From the NCBI GenBank assembly GCA_965197475.1, contig CBDANF010000003.1, forward strand, positions 2,848,001 through 2,912,000: a stretch of DNA of 64,000 nt. The letters run 5' to 3'. The notes below the pieces were generated by a model. The model had not been told where the DNA came from. It saw only the letters and a list, made by a program, of their open reading frames with translations, and did not search any database. Below are positions 19,285 to 30,887 of this stretch, in pieces (position 1 is the first letter of the stretch; the number at the start of each line of letters is the position of its first letter). The DNA comes from Candidatus Poribacteria bacterium (lineage in GTDB: Bacteria > Poribacteria > WGA-4E > WGA-3G). The position numbers were made by a program, and so were the translations under genes.

Positions 19285-22200
19285 CTATTCCGATTTCAGA
19301 GTTGATAATAACGGACTTCTGAGTGCAAACGAAACAGCAATTGCATTTGCAATTATACCAAAACCGAAGATGAATAACAAGGTAATCGTTAAGGATAGCC
19401 ATGGGAAAGCGGGTAGATGCCCTTGTGAGCCGAGAATCGCAACTAATCCCGCTACGACACCGATTAGCATTCCTACAGCAAGAAGAAAGCAGCTTTCAAG
19501 AAACAACATTCGTGACAGCAATTCTCGACGAAAACCGAATGCCCGAAGTGTTGCTAATTCTCCGTGACGTTCCATAATATTTCTTAATAAAACTAATGCT
19601 AAACCGAATGTACCCAGTAGTACTCCCAAACCTCCAAGGCTCTGAAAAGTAGAGATGTAGGTGTTTTGAACTGCGCGAAAACTTGCCAACCGTTCCGATG
19701 CAGATGTAACATCAAAGCCGTAGTCCCCTAATGTTTTTTCAAGTATTTGCGATGTTCCTTCCCGCAATTCAGGTGGTGTTTTAATCAGAAAAAATTGATA
19801 CCCGCTTTGACTTGGGAAGTATTTCGTAAAATCGGATTCCGAGATGATAAGTTGACTCTGGAAAAGACTATTTTCTATCGTATCAATACTTAAACGCAGC
19901 GGTTTTCCAAATTCATCTTGGATCAGAAAATCTTCCTTTGGGTTATGATGCAAAATCCACTGTAGTGAATTTTGATCACCGATAGCAGGAATTTTACCTT
20001 CGTCAAAGTTCGATAGCTTTAAATTTTCCCAAGGTTTTCCATTTAGTATAGCATCTGATGCACCCAATATCTGCGGTTTCTTTGGTTGGTAGAGATTTAG
20101 ACAACTGACATCTTCCCCTGGTAGAACGCGAAACGGGTATACAACCGATTTAGATAGCACTTCAGAATCTTTGTCAGAAAAACCGAGTTCTAATCTTCCT
20201 TCAGAAGTATTTAGACTATGATGCAAGGATATAGATGATTCAGCGACAAAAGCGTATTCAGTCTCTGGTAGAGCTTCTTGCCTATTTGCCCCTACTGCCA
20301 CGATAATACAGCATGCTAAACTGATAGTCGTAACACATGTATTGCTTCGCGCTGGCTGTCGCGCAGCGTTTTTAATGGCAAAATGCATTCTACTCAGTCG
20401 TTTTGACACCTTCTGTGAACTTAACCACTTTGCAAAAATTGTCCAACCCAAGGAAAGGATTGTGATTGTGAATATTAAGAATTTTACCACTGGATGCTCA
20501 AAAAATGTAACTGTGTCAGAGATTCTTCTTCCAAAAGTAAAATAAGCTATTAATACACCAGTAACGAGTCCAATACAGAAGAAAATAGAACTCATTTTGA
20601 TGTTTTTGGGGGTAAGGTTAGGGTTTGTTCCATCGTCTTTTCGGCTTGCTAAACGGATGCCAAATAGGCCGCAAGCTGCCAGTATGATAACAATAATAAT
20701 CCCACTCCAATCTCCAGTAAAGAGCCTTCCATTGTCCATGGTGCCGAAAAAGAGACCTACGAAAAAAACTGAAATCCTTGCTGTGCTAATTTTTGACACA
20801 ATAACACTCTTTGCTTTCTGTTTTGAATTTGCCTCGCCAAAATCAGTTTGCCCAGCAAGAAGTGATACGGTAGAAATCTTTCCCAATTTTCCGACAGTCG
20901 TACGGATAGAGAACATCACAACGGCAAGTGAAATGAGCACCCCTGCAAGTAAACTCCAGACACTAACGTGAAGTTTCAAAAACGCTGTTCCGATAGCGGG
21001 TAGCCACCACGTTTGTAACCCAAATATCATCAGCTGTGCATATCCAATAGCGAGTAAACATCCTAATAAACTACCGAGACCAGAAATGATACCGCCTTCT
21101 AAAAGGAAACTGCGGCGGATTTTGGCAAGCGGATAACCTACTGCTTGTAGAATTCCGATCTCACGCGATCTTTGCTCTACGCCAATACGGAACACCATGC
21201 CAACCAGAAGCGCGACAGCAATGATAATAAATCCACTCATGCTGCTAAATAACATCCCGAAATCTGATGACCCTTTTGCGGATTGAAGTCCTTCTGTCCG
21301 GAGTGATAAAAATTGGAATCCAATCTGTTCTGGATCAATTTCTTTGAGGAATTCAGTTTCAAAAAGTGATCTAGTCGTGCTAATATTCTGATCGGGTACT
21401 TTACCCATCCGAATTGTGGTGAGATCACCGAATCGGTTTTGCCAAAGATTCTTGCCAGTATTCAACGAGATAAATGCTTTTGCAGCAGCCTGATAATCAT
21501 CCCAATATTCCTCGTCCTTAGAACGAATAAGGGAATTATCAAATGGAAAAGGTGGATCCCATTCAAACATATCAGTTGTATCATTTATGCCGGGAAAATT
21601 GGGAATTAAGTCTGTATCCGCAGCGATGTCCTCAATAGGAACAATGCCTTTTAATAGAAACTGTGTTGTTTCTGTAACGTACTCTTCTTCTGCGCTGACA
21701 CTATAGTAGGTAACCTCGATTTTATCCCCGACTTTCGCGCCGAGATCGTCCGCTGCCCATCTATTGAGGTAAATTTCAGAATGTTCAGTAGATGGATTGA
21801 GTGCTTTTAATTTGCTTTCTGCTGCACGCAGTTCCTCTTCAGTCGTGTATCTACTAAGTAGGTCTGCAAATTCTCCTTTTTCAACAGGAAGTGCTAAGAT
21901 TGTTGAATATGGAACTTTTTTGGGAGCAATACTTGACTCTTCTTGCGATGGGGCAATAATTGATATTGTATTTGCAAGGTATGTGAGGGTGGGGAGCGTC
22001 GAAATACCATTCTCAGATGCCACCTGTAACGCTGCTTCAGATAATACCGGTTCTATAAGATACTGCTGACTTTGCAGGTCGAAATGGTTCTCATGCTCAT
22101 TAATGCTTAAACCGAGTCCATCTAAGCTTAACATGAGAGATTCCGGTAAGATTGGCTCAGTTTCCGTTGTAAACAGAGCGTTTACTTTACCTGTTTGTGC

Positions 22201-22839
22201 AAGTGCTTTTTGCAAAACGGGCAGTTTGATATATGCATTCAGAGGTAGGCTTTGATGTGTGTTGAGACTGAATCTTCCTGCATTCTCAGTCGGGATGATG
22301 TCATTTATCACCAAGCGGATGCTTTTAATAACATCTGCCAAGTCTCTCTTACCAAGAAGAAATTCAGGATGGATTTCAACCGCATTCGGAAAATTAACAA
22401 GGAGCGCATCACCAATTTGGACATTAAGTTCCTTTTGAAGTGTTTCGTTAATAATTATATCCGCAAAAGGTTGATTTGATGTTTCGTTCCAATTGGGAAC
22501 TGAAGTCTCATCCCATAAACTGAAGAAATTATCTTCAACACCGTAGATGTTAACTTTTGATGCACGGTTTTCGGTTTTGGTGGCAACAACTGTCCCGTTG
22601 AGCAGAATCGCAGGTGCCAAGTTTTCAAGGTTTATTATTTCTTGTTGAAAGAAATGATCGGTAATAAGGGCATGTTGGATGCTACCGAGGCGTTCTAATG
22701 TGATATCCCGTAAACTCCCCCGCATTGAATCCCCAACAATTAATGCCCCTGCAAGCACCCCTGTTGCCACAGCCGTGCAAAGCGCAACTGTAAGATGAAT
22801 TTGCCAATGGTGTTTAGCGGTTACCCAAAGATTACGCAT
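19285..22839 (-). CDS. ABC transporter permease, FtsX-like (duplicated)
   Basis: EQRSREIGILQAVG and ERHGELATLRAFG motifs; multiple TM segments. Confidence 0.88.
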   Translation of the reverse strand: MRNLWVTAKHHWQIHLTVALCTAVATGVLAGALIVGDSMRGSLRDITLERLGSIQHALITDHFFQQEIINLENLAPAILLNGTVVATKTENRASKVNIYGVEDNFFSLWDETSVPNWNETSNQPFADIIINETLQKELNVQIGDALLVNFPNAVEIHPEFLLGKRDLADVIKSIRLVINDIIPTENAGRFSLNTHQSLPLNAYIKLPVLQKALAQTGKVNALFTTETEPILPESLMLSLDGLGLSINEHENHFDLQSQQYLIEPVLSEAALQVASENGISTLPTLTYLANTISIIAPSQEESSIAPKKVPYSTILALPVEKGEFADLLSRYTTEEELRAAESKLKALNPSTEHSEIYLNRWAADDLGAKVGDKIEVTYYSVSAEEEYVTETTQFLLKGIVPIEDIAADTDLIPNFPGINDTTDMFEWDPPFPFDNSLIRSKDEEYWDDYQAAAKAFISLNTGKNLWQNRFGDLTTIRMGKVPDQNISTTRSLFETEFLKEIDPEQIGFQFLSLRTEGLQSAKGSSDFGMLFSSMSGFIIIAVALLVGMVFRIGVEQRSREIGILQAVGYPLAKIRRSFLLEGGIISGLGSLLGCLLAIGYAQLMIFGLQTWWLPAIGTAFLKLHVSVWSLLAGVLISLAVVMFSIRTTVGKLGKISTVSLLAGQTDFGEANSKQKAKSVIVSKISTARISVFFVGLFFGTMDNGRLFTGDWSGIIIVIILAACGLFGIRLASRKDDGTNPNLTPKNIKMSSIFFCIGLVTGVLIAYFTFGRRISDTVTFFEHPVVKFLIFTITILSLGWTIFAKWLSSQKVSKRLSRMHFAIKNAARQPARSNTCVTTISLACCIIVAVGANRQEALPETEYAFVAESSISLHHSLNTSEGRLELGFSDKDSEVLSKSVVYPFRVLPGEDVSCLNLYQPKKPQILGASDAILNGKPWENLKLSNFDEGKIPAIGDQNSLQWILHHNPKEDFLIQDEFGKPLRLSIDTIENSLFQSQLIISESDFTKYFPSQSGYQFFLIKTPPELREGTSQILEKTLGDYGFDVTSASERLASFRAVQNTYISTFQSLGGLGVLLGTFGLALVLLRNIMERHGELATLRAFGFRRELLSRMLFLESCFLLAVGMLIGVVAGLVAILGSQGHLPAFPWLSLTITLLFIFGFGIIANAIAVSFALRSPLLSTLKSE

Positions 22840-22853
22840 AATTTGAATACCCG

Positions 22854-23573
22854 TTAGGACTCTCCTTGTTGTGCATTACGTTTACCGTTCACGGTTTCTA
22901 TAGTGCAAACACCATCACTAAGTTTTAAGCGATTCTGGAACTGTGAAGCCAATTCAAGATTATGTGTCACAACAATTAAGATGTTATGTTGTAAACTGTG
23001 AAGTTCAAATAGCAAATCTGCGATGTTCGCTGCAGTCGTAGTATCCAGATTCCCTGTCGGTTCATCACAGAGAAGAATACTGGGTCGGTTTATAAGTGCG
23101 CGGGCAATTGCAACCCTTTGACGTTCACCACCGGAAAGTTCGGCGGGGCGATGCGACATACGATCTATTAATCCGACTCGTTTAAGGAGATCTTCTGCCT
23201 GTTGCGTGACATCAGGATTCTTCTTGAATGCAAGGGTGGGAATGAGAACATTTTCAAGCACGGAATACTGAGGTAGCAGATGATGATCCTGAAATACAAA
23301 GCCGATCACCGAGTTTCGATAGCGAGCTAACTCAGGTTCAGATAACGTAAATGGATCGGTCCCGTTGATTTCAACTTGTCCATTAGAGGGTTTTTCTAAT
23401 GTGCCGATGATGTGTAGCAGTGTGCTTTTGCCGGAGCCAGAAGGTCCTGTAATCGCGACAGATGATCCAGAAGCGAAACGAAAAGATATATTCCGCAAGA
23501 CTTGAATTGTTCCGAAGTCTTTTGACAGATTTGAGATTTTAAGATGATGCGTCGTATCGGTAGTTTCTTTCAT
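22854..23573 (-). CDS. ABC transporter ATP-binding protein (LolD/MacB-like)
   Basis: GPSGSGKS, LSGGERQRVAIARA, DEPTGNLD. Confidence 0.93.
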   Translation of the reverse strand: MKETTDTTHHLKISNLSKDFGTIQVLRNISFRFASGSSVAITGPSGSGKSTLLHIIGTLEKPSNGQVEINGTDPFTLSEPELARYRNSVIGFVFQDHHLLPQYSVLENVLIPTLAFKKNPDVTQQAEDLLKRVGLIDRMSHRPAELSGGERQRVAIARALINRPSILLCDEPTGNLDTTTAANIADLLFELHSLQHNILIVVTHNLELASQFQNRLKLSDGVCTIETVNGKRNAQQGES

Positions 23574-23956
23574 TTTTTAGAATAATGGCAAAGTAGTGCA
23601 AAAAAAACTTCGTGTGAATAGCGCGTTATTGAGAGGAATTTTCTCAATTTTTTTGACAGATTTTGATGGTTTGTTATCGGTTGTTCTAAATGTAGGTTGT
23701 TAAGAGTTTATCATAGACCGATGATGACTCGCAATTAAATCATTGTAATATCTGATATAAAACGTTAGATATACAGTATTTGGAACAATTCTAAAATACT
23801 CTTGGTGTGTAAAGTTTTTGACAGTGTAAAACACATCCCTACACATCTGTCGCCCGCTGGGACTAATACCAAATTAGCTTGATACAACTTGTAGGCGCGC
23901 TTTGTCCGCGCGCTGTCTGCCCAGAAAAATAAGATCAATCCCGTTAATTTGATATA

Positions 23957-24125
23957 ATGCTGTGTCCACTTCCAAGCTGTGAGTTACAACAATAGTCGGG
24001 AATCGGAGTTCCCTCCCGCCGAATGTCATAAGCGCATTCGGCGTTGATTCACAATATGCAACATTTCTGTAGGAGCGATCTCCGAATCGCGACCTTTACC
24101 CATAAAATTTGAGTGGACACAGCAC
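23957..24125. mobile_element. Probable IS630-type MITE carrying REP-like hairpins
   Basis: 13-bp TIR TGCTGTGTCCACT / AGTGGACACAGCA, flanked by TA on both sides. Confidence 0.6.
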
Positions 24126-24260
24126 TAAAATGTATGATGACAAATTTTGAAGGAAAATGTATAATTCGCGAAAACGAAACTTTAGACGAGACGTATTGTT
24201 GGAAAGACGCTCTTAAGGACATTGAGAACGCACAAACACTTAAAAGGAAGGAGAAACAGA

Positions 24261-25075
24261 ATGAAACTTCGTATACAAACCTTCACAACTTCATTGACAC
24301 TCGCTGTTATCTTGCTGGCTGGCTGCGCACAGAAAAACATTCCCAGGGAAATCGCTCAATCGGATAAAGCTCCTGTAGACACGCCATCAAAACAGGTGTT
24401 GGGACCGCAACTTTCGGATGCCTTGCCGACGACATTTTCCCCGCCCGAAAATCCTTATGAGGATATTACAATAAATGGGCAAGCCCCACCATTTGAATAT
24501 TACGGTAACGCTGTCTACTGGGTGCTCACATGGAATATAAGACGGTCGGCACACCGGGACAAGAACATACGCTGCCAATACTACCAAATCAGTCCCCGTC
24601 GTCTCGCTACAGAAAGCTAATCCGAGAACTTACTGAAGAACGGGGAGAGGAACTTTCTGCTAAAGAACAGGAGTATATCGCGAATAAGATAGCGTTTGGT
24701 GACTTGCCTCCACTGGATGCAGCTAAGTGTATGTTAGCAAATGCAGGTGGTGGTGATCTCTATCTTCAGGAAGTTGCGCAGCAAGCACTTGATGAAAACC
24801 CTAATGATTTTCACACCCTTCTAATTTGGACAGACGCACAACCGTACGATAGTGAAAACAGAGAAAAAGGGTATCGTCAACTGCTACAAATGCGCCCAAA
24901 CGCCGCGTATGTCCTGCTTATGTTAGGCGAATGTATGAAGTTTAAGAACCGTCAAGAGAGTATTGAACTCTACAAGAAAGCCGCACAATACGCACCAAAT
25001 ACACGACTCGGCGCGCGAGCGACATTAGGTGGTCGAAGTGGGTTCATATACGAGATTGGGCACTTCAGGAGTTAG
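24261..25075 (+). pseudogene. Frameshifted TPR lipoprotein, paralog of 2762-3634
   Basis: MKLRI...LAGC, then ALDENPNDFHTLLIW in another frame (compare ALAENPNDFETMLFW). Confidence 0.65.
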
Positions 25076-25258
25076 GGGGAAGGTATTTTTTTAATGGCGA
25101 AAAACAGAAGTCGATCGAAACTTTTAACTATCTACAGCAGATCACAACCGATGAAAAAACACGAGAACGCGCACAAAAGCGGATCGCTGAAATAAAGGAA
25201 GGAAAACGCTTTGGTCGCATCGTCTTTGTAGATGATGAAGATTAAGGAGAAACTATCC

Positions 25259-25615
25259 ATGAATAAGAAATCATTTGTTTTTCTATTGCTTGTTGCTTTT
25301 ATTACTTTTCCGTTTCTTATACATGGTGCACAAGAAGCACCGATCCCAGCAGAATCTTTAGTCTTGGATGTATCAGATAGTTGGGTTCCGAAAAAGGATA
25401 ACTTTATTATTGTAACCGTGACGTTACCCAGTATAGCAGTACATCCAGGCGGATCTGTCTCATTCTCATTGCTTTCAAGTAGCTGGCCTGGGTATTGTAT
25501 GAACGCATATTTTGGAGATGATTTTGATGCAGATCCAAAAAACACCACCCCGATATGTCATTTATACCCTACAACCAGACCGCCATACCCGGCTGCACGT
25601 GGATACCTGGTATAA
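25259..25615 (+). CDS. Exported hypothetical protein, probably a truncated fragment
   Basis: RBS aaggag; signal peptide MNKKSFVFLLLVAF. Confidence 0.45.
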   Translation: MNKKSFVFLLLVAFITFPFLIHGAQEAPIPAESLVLDVSDSWVPKKDNFIIVTVTLPSIAVHPGGSVSFSLLSSSWPGYCMNAYFGDDFDADPKNTTPICHLYPTTRPPYPAARGYLV

Positions 25616-25899
25616 ATAGCACAGAAAAAGTGCAGGAAATTACCTTACAATTTGGGGATAACGCAGAAGAGCTGCCGATGGCTGATAGCCGCACAGATCG
25701 CTTCCCTAATACCTCTTTTTAAGACACATCCACAGTGTCAAGTTACTATGATCTATGAAATAGATTGTAAGTACTTCTGCTCAATTTCTCCCCAATGTTT
25801 AAGAAGATTGACTTGAGATGTCCATTGTGATATAATTCTGTGACTTGAAAATTTTAGTTCATAAAGGAAAAATGAAAATATACATTTGGTTATGTTGAT

Positions 25900-27609
25900 A
25901 TGGATGAAATCAAATCAGAAATATACAATATATTAAAAGGTGCAATCCGTTCTGCAATTGCTGCAGGGGAACTTCCAATATCGGAGGTTCCCGAAATACC
26001 TTTTTCGCCCACCAAGACTCCCGAACATGGTGATATTGCTACCCCGGTTGCCTTGGGATTGGCAAAAAGTGCGAAGATGGCACCGCGTACGATTGCTGAA
26101 ATTATTAAAAAGCATGTCAATCAAAATAAACACCCGCGCCTCCGTGATCTTGAGATTGCTGGACCGGGTTTTATTAATGTCTACCTTTCTAATGAATGGT
26201 TATACGACACACTCAGGACGATTGTAGAAACAAAGGACGCTTATGGAAGTAGTGAAATAGGGGTTGGAAAGCGGGTTCAAATTGAGTTTGTGAGCGCAAA
26301 TCCGACAGGTCCGCTTAACATAGTGAGCGGTCGCGCAGCTGCTGTAGGTGATACGCTTGTCAACTTACTAAACACTGTCGGTCATGAGGCAATCCGTGAG
26401 TATTATGTCAACGATGCGGGTGGACAAGTGGATCGACTTGGGGAATCAATTGATGTGCGCTATCGGCAAGCATTAGGTGCAGAAGGTTTGGAAATTCCAG
26501 AAGGTGGATATAAAGGAGAATACCTACGTGATTTTGCAGAGATTATCGTGGCAGAAGAAGGTAACGCATATCTGAAACTTAGTCAGGAACAACGGATAGC
26601 ACTTTTCCGAGATAAGGGAATTGTGCACCTGCTTGGACAACAAAAAGCCTCTTTGGAACGTTTTCGTGTTAACTTTGATGTGTGGACAAGCGAAAAAGCA
26701 ATCCGAGACAGTGGAAAACCTGAGGAAATTATTGAACTGTTCGGTGAAAAGAATTACCTTTATGAAGCAGAAGGTGCAACATGGTTTCGCATGACAGATT
26801 TTGGGGATGATAAGGATTGTGTTGTTATCCGAAGCAATGGTGAATATACCTATTTTGTTCCGGATGCCGCCTATCATCGCGATAAATTTGACCGCGGGTT
26901 TAACAAAGTGATTGACCTGCTCGGACCGGATCATCAGGGTCATGTGTCACGACTCAAGAATTTTGTGAAAGCACTCGGTTTATCAGATGATTGGTTGGAA
27001 GTCGCTATCATTCAACAGGTAAATCTGGTTGATTCTGATGGCACTCGGAGGGATATGTCCAAACGACAGGGACAATTTTTTACCCTTGATATGCTCATTG
27101 ATAAGCTTGCTGATGCTGTCGGTGAACAGTTCGCGGTTGATGTGGCACGATACTTTTTCCTGATGCGTGCTAACAATACACATCTCGATTTCAATTTTGA
27201 ATTAGCAATTACACAAGCAAATGAAAATCCGGTTTTCTACATACAGTATGCACACGCGAGATGTTGTAGCATTTTTCAACAAGGACGAGAACAGAAGGTT
27301 GCGTTGAAACCGATTGATGAAGTTTCTCTGGAGCTGCTCACAGAACCGCAAGAACATGAATTGATTCGGAAATTAGCGGAATTTCCATCAATTGTTCTGT
27401 CCAGCGCGGAGGAACGCGAAGCGCATCGAATCCCACATTTTCTAACCGAATTAGCAGGTTTGTTTCATCCATATTATAACCATCATCGAGTCTTAGATAC
27501 ATCACATATCGAACGGACTTATGTGAGACTTATCCTTGTAAAGAGCGTGCAAACGGTGTTAGCAAATGGATTGAAACTGTTAGGCATTTCAGCCCCGGAA
27601 TCAATGTAA
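25900..27609 (+). CDS. argS: Arginine--tRNA ligase
   Basis: HGDIAT, GPGFIN, EFVSANPTGPL, MSKR, NPVFYIQYAHAR. Confidence 0.96.
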   Translation: MDEIKSEIYNILKGAIRSAIAAGELPISEVPEIPFSPTKTPEHGDIATPVALGLAKSAKMAPRTIAEIIKKHVNQNKHPRLRDLEIAGPGFINVYLSNEWLYDTLRTIVETKDAYGSSEIGVGKRVQIEFVSANPTGPLNIVSGRAAAVGDTLVNLLNTVGHEAIREYYVNDAGGQVDRLGESIDVRYRQALGAEGLEIPEGGYKGEYLRDFAEIIVAEEGNAYLKLSQEQRIALFRDKGIVHLLGQQKASLERFRVNFDVWTSEKAIRDSGKPEEIIELFGEKNYLYEAEGATWFRMTDFGDDKDCVVIRSNGEYTYFVPDAAYHRDKFDRGFNKVIDLLGPDHQGHVSRLKNFVKALGLSDDWLEVAIIQQVNLVDSDGTRRDMSKRQGQFFTLDMLIDKLADAVGEQFAVDVARYFFLMRANNTHLDFNFELAITQANENPVFYIQYAHARCCSIFQQGREQKVALKPIDEVSLELLTEPQEHELIRKLAEFPSIVLSSAEEREAHRIPHFLTELAGLFHPYYNHHRVLDTSHIERTYVRLILVKSVQTVLANGLKLLGISAPESM

Positions 27610-27632
27610 AACTTTAAGGGAGATTTCCATCA

Positions 27633-28976
27633 ATGGAAGTAAATTATAGAGAAATTGATAAATCCCATGTTTGGCACCCGCTGTTTCAGCACCAACGTCT
27701 TGACGAAACAGATTTGTTGGTTTTTAAATCGGCACATGGTACAACCCTTGTAGATGCAGAGGGAAACGAATATCTTGATGCCTATTCGGCACTCTGGAAT
27801 GTCAACGTAGGTTACGGCAGGCAGGAAATTGCTGATGCTGTCTATGCACAAATGCAAGAATTGCCTTACTATCCACACTCGCAGATAAACGTTCCTGCGA
27901 CTATGTTAGCAGAAAAGTTAGCAGCATGTCTGCCCGGCGATTTGAACCACGTCTATTTTTGTAACAGCGGGTCCGAAGCGAATGAAACAGCAATCAAAAT
28001 TGCACGACAATACGGTAGGCAAACTTATCCAGGTCAAAATCGCTACAAGATAATAAGTCGATATCGTGGTTATCACGGATTTACCTATGGCGCAATGTCG
28101 GCGACAGGACAGGCGCGAAGACGGAAAGCATTTGAACCGCTGGTGCCAGGGTTCCATCACGCCCATCCACCCTACTGCTACCGGTGTCCGCTCGGTTTAG
28201 ACTACCCATCCTGTAATGTTGCATGTGTTGATGAAATTGAACGGATAATTCAGTCAGAAGGACCCGAAACTGTAATTGCAGTTATTGCGGAACCTATCAT
28301 CGGCGGTGGCGGAGTGATTGTGCCACCTGATGAGTATTTCCCCAAATTACGAAAAATCTGTGATGATTACGGGTTGCTACTTATTCTTGATGAAGTGATT
28401 ACCGGTTTCGGACGGACGGGAAAGATGTTTGCTTGTGAGCATTGGGACGTACAGCCTGACCTCATCACACTCGCTAAGGGATTGACAAGTGGATATCTTC
28501 CACTCGGTGCATGTGTTGCATCGACTTCTGTATTTAACACATTCCTTGGGGATTCCGATGAAAATCGGGAATTTTCACAAGTTTGTACTTATGGTGGACA
28601 CCCTGCAGCATCTGCTGCTGGCGTGGCAAACCTGAATATTTTGCAAACCGAACGGCTCTGGGAAAATGCTGCAAAGGTCGGTGGTTATCTACTTGAAAAA
28701 CTAAAGACGTTGGAATCGCTACCTATCGTAGGTGATGTGCGCGGCAAAGGGTTGATGCTTGCGGTTGAACTGATTCAAACCGATGGCGCACATCTTGAAA
28801 CTTCAAAAACGAACAAAATTGTGGGACAATTGAGAGAAAAAGGGGTTATTGTTGGGAAAATCGGTCATGCTATAGACGAACCGGAGAATATCATTTTTAT
28901 TGCGCCCCCTCTTATTCTCACTGAACCAGAAGCAGATATAATTTTTGATAGGTTACGTCAGGTATTTGTCCAATAG
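27633..28976 (+). CDS. Class III PLP aminotransferase
   Basis: [31 protein letters not shown]. Confidence 0.92.
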   Translation: MEVNYREIDKSHVWHPLFQHQRLDETDLLVFKSAHGTTLVDAEGNEYLDAYSALWNVNVGYGRQEIADAVYAQMQELPYYPHSQINVPATMLAEKLAACLPGDLNHVYFCNSGSEANETAIKIARQYGRQTYPGQNRYKIISRYRGYHGFTYGAMSATGQARRRKAFEPLVPGFHHAHPPYCYRCPLGLDYPSCNVACVDEIERIIQSEGPETVIAVIAEPIIGGGGVIVPPDEYFPKLRKICDDYGLLLILDEVITGFGRTGKMFACEHWDVQPDLITLAKGLTSGYLPLGACVASTSVFNTFLGDSDENREFSQVCTYGGHPAASAAGVANLNILQTERLWENAAKVGGYLLEKLKTLESLPIVGDVRGKGLMLAVELIQTDGAHLETSKTNKIVGQLREKGVIVGKIGHAIDEPENIIFIAPPLILTEPEADIIFDRLRQVFVQ

Positions 28977-29816
28977 AAGTTTTAACTCATGTCGCTTCGC
29001 AATCGGAATCTTATCCGGTTGTGTAGCGATAGAATATTGAAGGGCATTGGCACAAGCGCAATTGCGTTGTTCGTCTGGAATGTTGGAAACTAAATTTTTC
29101 ACGATCTGTTTGGAAATCTCTACATTGGAACGGAGATTGTCAAGAATCATCTCAGTCGTAACGTTATCGTGTTCGGGATGCCAGCAATCATAATCAGTGG
29201 AACATGCAAGGACAGCATAACAGATTTCTGCCTCGCGCGCGAGTTTGGCTTCCGGTGCAGCGGTCATCCCGATGATGTCAAAACCGAGGTGTCGGTACAC
29301 ATTAGATTCAGCTTGTGTAGAAAATGCGGGTCCTTCCATACAGATATAGGTGCCACCGTTATGAACAGTTGCATCGACCTCTGTCGCAGCACTATATAAA
29401 AGTGTGCTCAGGTGTGAACAGAACGGATGCGCAAGGCTAATATGTGCGGCAATTCCATCACCGAAGAAGGTAGATACTCGGTTTTTTGTGTGATCGTATA
29501 GTTGATCGGGTATAACGAAGTGACGTGGTTCAATTTCCTGTTTCAGACTGCCAACAGCACTGATGGAGATAATCCATTCTACACCTAAAGACTTTAAGGC
29601 ATAAATATTAGCACGGACATTAATATCAGAAGGAAGAAGTGGGTGTCCCACTGCATGCCGTGGTAGAAATATGACCGGTTGTTCATCAAGTTTCCCCAAA
29701 ATTAGCGCGTCACTGGGTTTACCAAATGGGGTATCAATTTTGATCGTTTCGATGTCGGTTAAACCTTCTATCTGATAGAAGCCGCTACCGCCAATTATGC
29801 CGATTTTAACATGCAT
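28953..29816 (-). CDS. mtnP: S-methyl-5'-thioadenosine phosphorylase
   Basis: GIIGGSG, TPFGKPS, MEGPAFST, TDYDCW. Confidence 0.92.
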   Translation of the reverse strand: MHVKIGIIGGSGFYQIEGLTDIETIKIDTPFGKPSDALILGKLDEQPVIFLPRHAVGHPLLPSDINVRANIYALKSLGVEWIISISAVGSLKQEIEPRHFVIPDQLYDHTKNRVSTFFGDGIAAHISLAHPFCSHLSTLLYSAATEVDATVHNGGTYICMEGPAFSTQAESNVYRHLGFDIIGMTAAPEAKLAREAEICYAVLACSTDYDCWHPEHDNVTTEMILDNLRSNVEISKQIVKNLVSNIPDEQRNCACANALQYSIATQPDKIPIAKRHELKLLLDKYLT

Positions 29817-29867
29817 ATATTTCTATTCTCCAAAGGAAAGCAAAAGAATTACGCTTTATAATTAACT

Positions 29868-30689
29868 ATGGCATTGTTACAATGTGGAAATTGGATACTT
29901 GAAGGAAAATCAAGTTCAGCTGTTGCGACTTACATCAGGGTAAAAGAACTTGACCTGATTTTTGATTTGGGGAGGTGTCCAATGCGTTTTATCGGTACTA
30001 ATCATGTATTTATTTCGCATTTCCACCTCGACCACTATTTTGGGTTACCAATCTATATAAGTCAGCGTTGGCTTGCAGAAATGCCACCTGGAAATATCTA
30101 CGTTCCGTCAAGCGGGTTCAAGCAATTGAAGAACATCCTCAATAGGATTTCTGACCTTGATACAGGGCGGAACTGGGGTTATCAGATTACGCCAGTAGAA
30201 GTTGGGAACGCTATTCCGTTTCGGAAGAATTTAATCGCTCACATTCTACCGGGGAACCATAGTGTCCCAGCTGTTTCCTATCTGATTTGTGAAATTCGCA
30301 AAAAACTGAAGTCCGAATATCTTGATTTGTCCGGCAGAGAAATCGTGGCACTTAAGCGTTCAGGTGTTGAAGTAACTAACGAGGTGCAACTACCGTTAAT
30401 TGCATACTTGGGTGATACGCAAGGCATTTCACTTGATGTACACCCGTTGCTCAAACAGTGCAAACTATTGATTTGTGAATGTACCTTTATTACCCCTGAA
30501 CATCGTGAACGTGCTAAAAAAACGAAGCACTTACATCTGGATATGTTACCGTCTCTGTTAGAACGTTTTGAGAGTGAATATATCGTTCTAAATCACTTCT
30601 CACGCCGTTACACACCTGAGCTAATTCAAGAAGAAGTCTTCAAACGGTTGCCAGCTTCTGAACATTCCCGTGTTCACTTATTCATATAA
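29868..30689 (+). CDS. MBL-fold hydrolase, RNase Z-like
   Basis: SHFHLDH, GDT, CECTF, HFSRRY. Confidence 0.85.
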   Translation: MALLQCGNWILEGKSSSAVATYIRVKELDLIFDLGRCPMRFIGTNHVFISHFHLDHYFGLPIYISQRWLAEMPPGNIYVPSSGFKQLKNILNRISDLDTGRNWGYQITPVEVGNAIPFRKNLIAHILPGNHSVPAVSYLICEIRKKLKSEYLDLSGREIVALKRSGVEVTNEVQLPLIAYLGDTQGISLDVHPLLKQCKLLICECTFITPEHRERAKKTKHLHLDMLPSLLERFESEYIVLNHFSRRYTPELIQEEVFKRLPASEHSRVHLFI

Positions 30690-30887
30690 CAATACACTCA
30701 CTGTATTTCTATATGTGAATGATTCCGCTTCCTGCTACCGCTATTTTTAGGAGGATTCTCCTAAGAGAAGACGGTTTGAAATTGTATAACTTCTACTTCA
30801 GACAAAGCAAGATCGGTTATCAAGGTTTATTGCGACACCATTGAAATTTTGTTTGTCTTCATAGAAAGTTTTAAACCATCAAAATCC

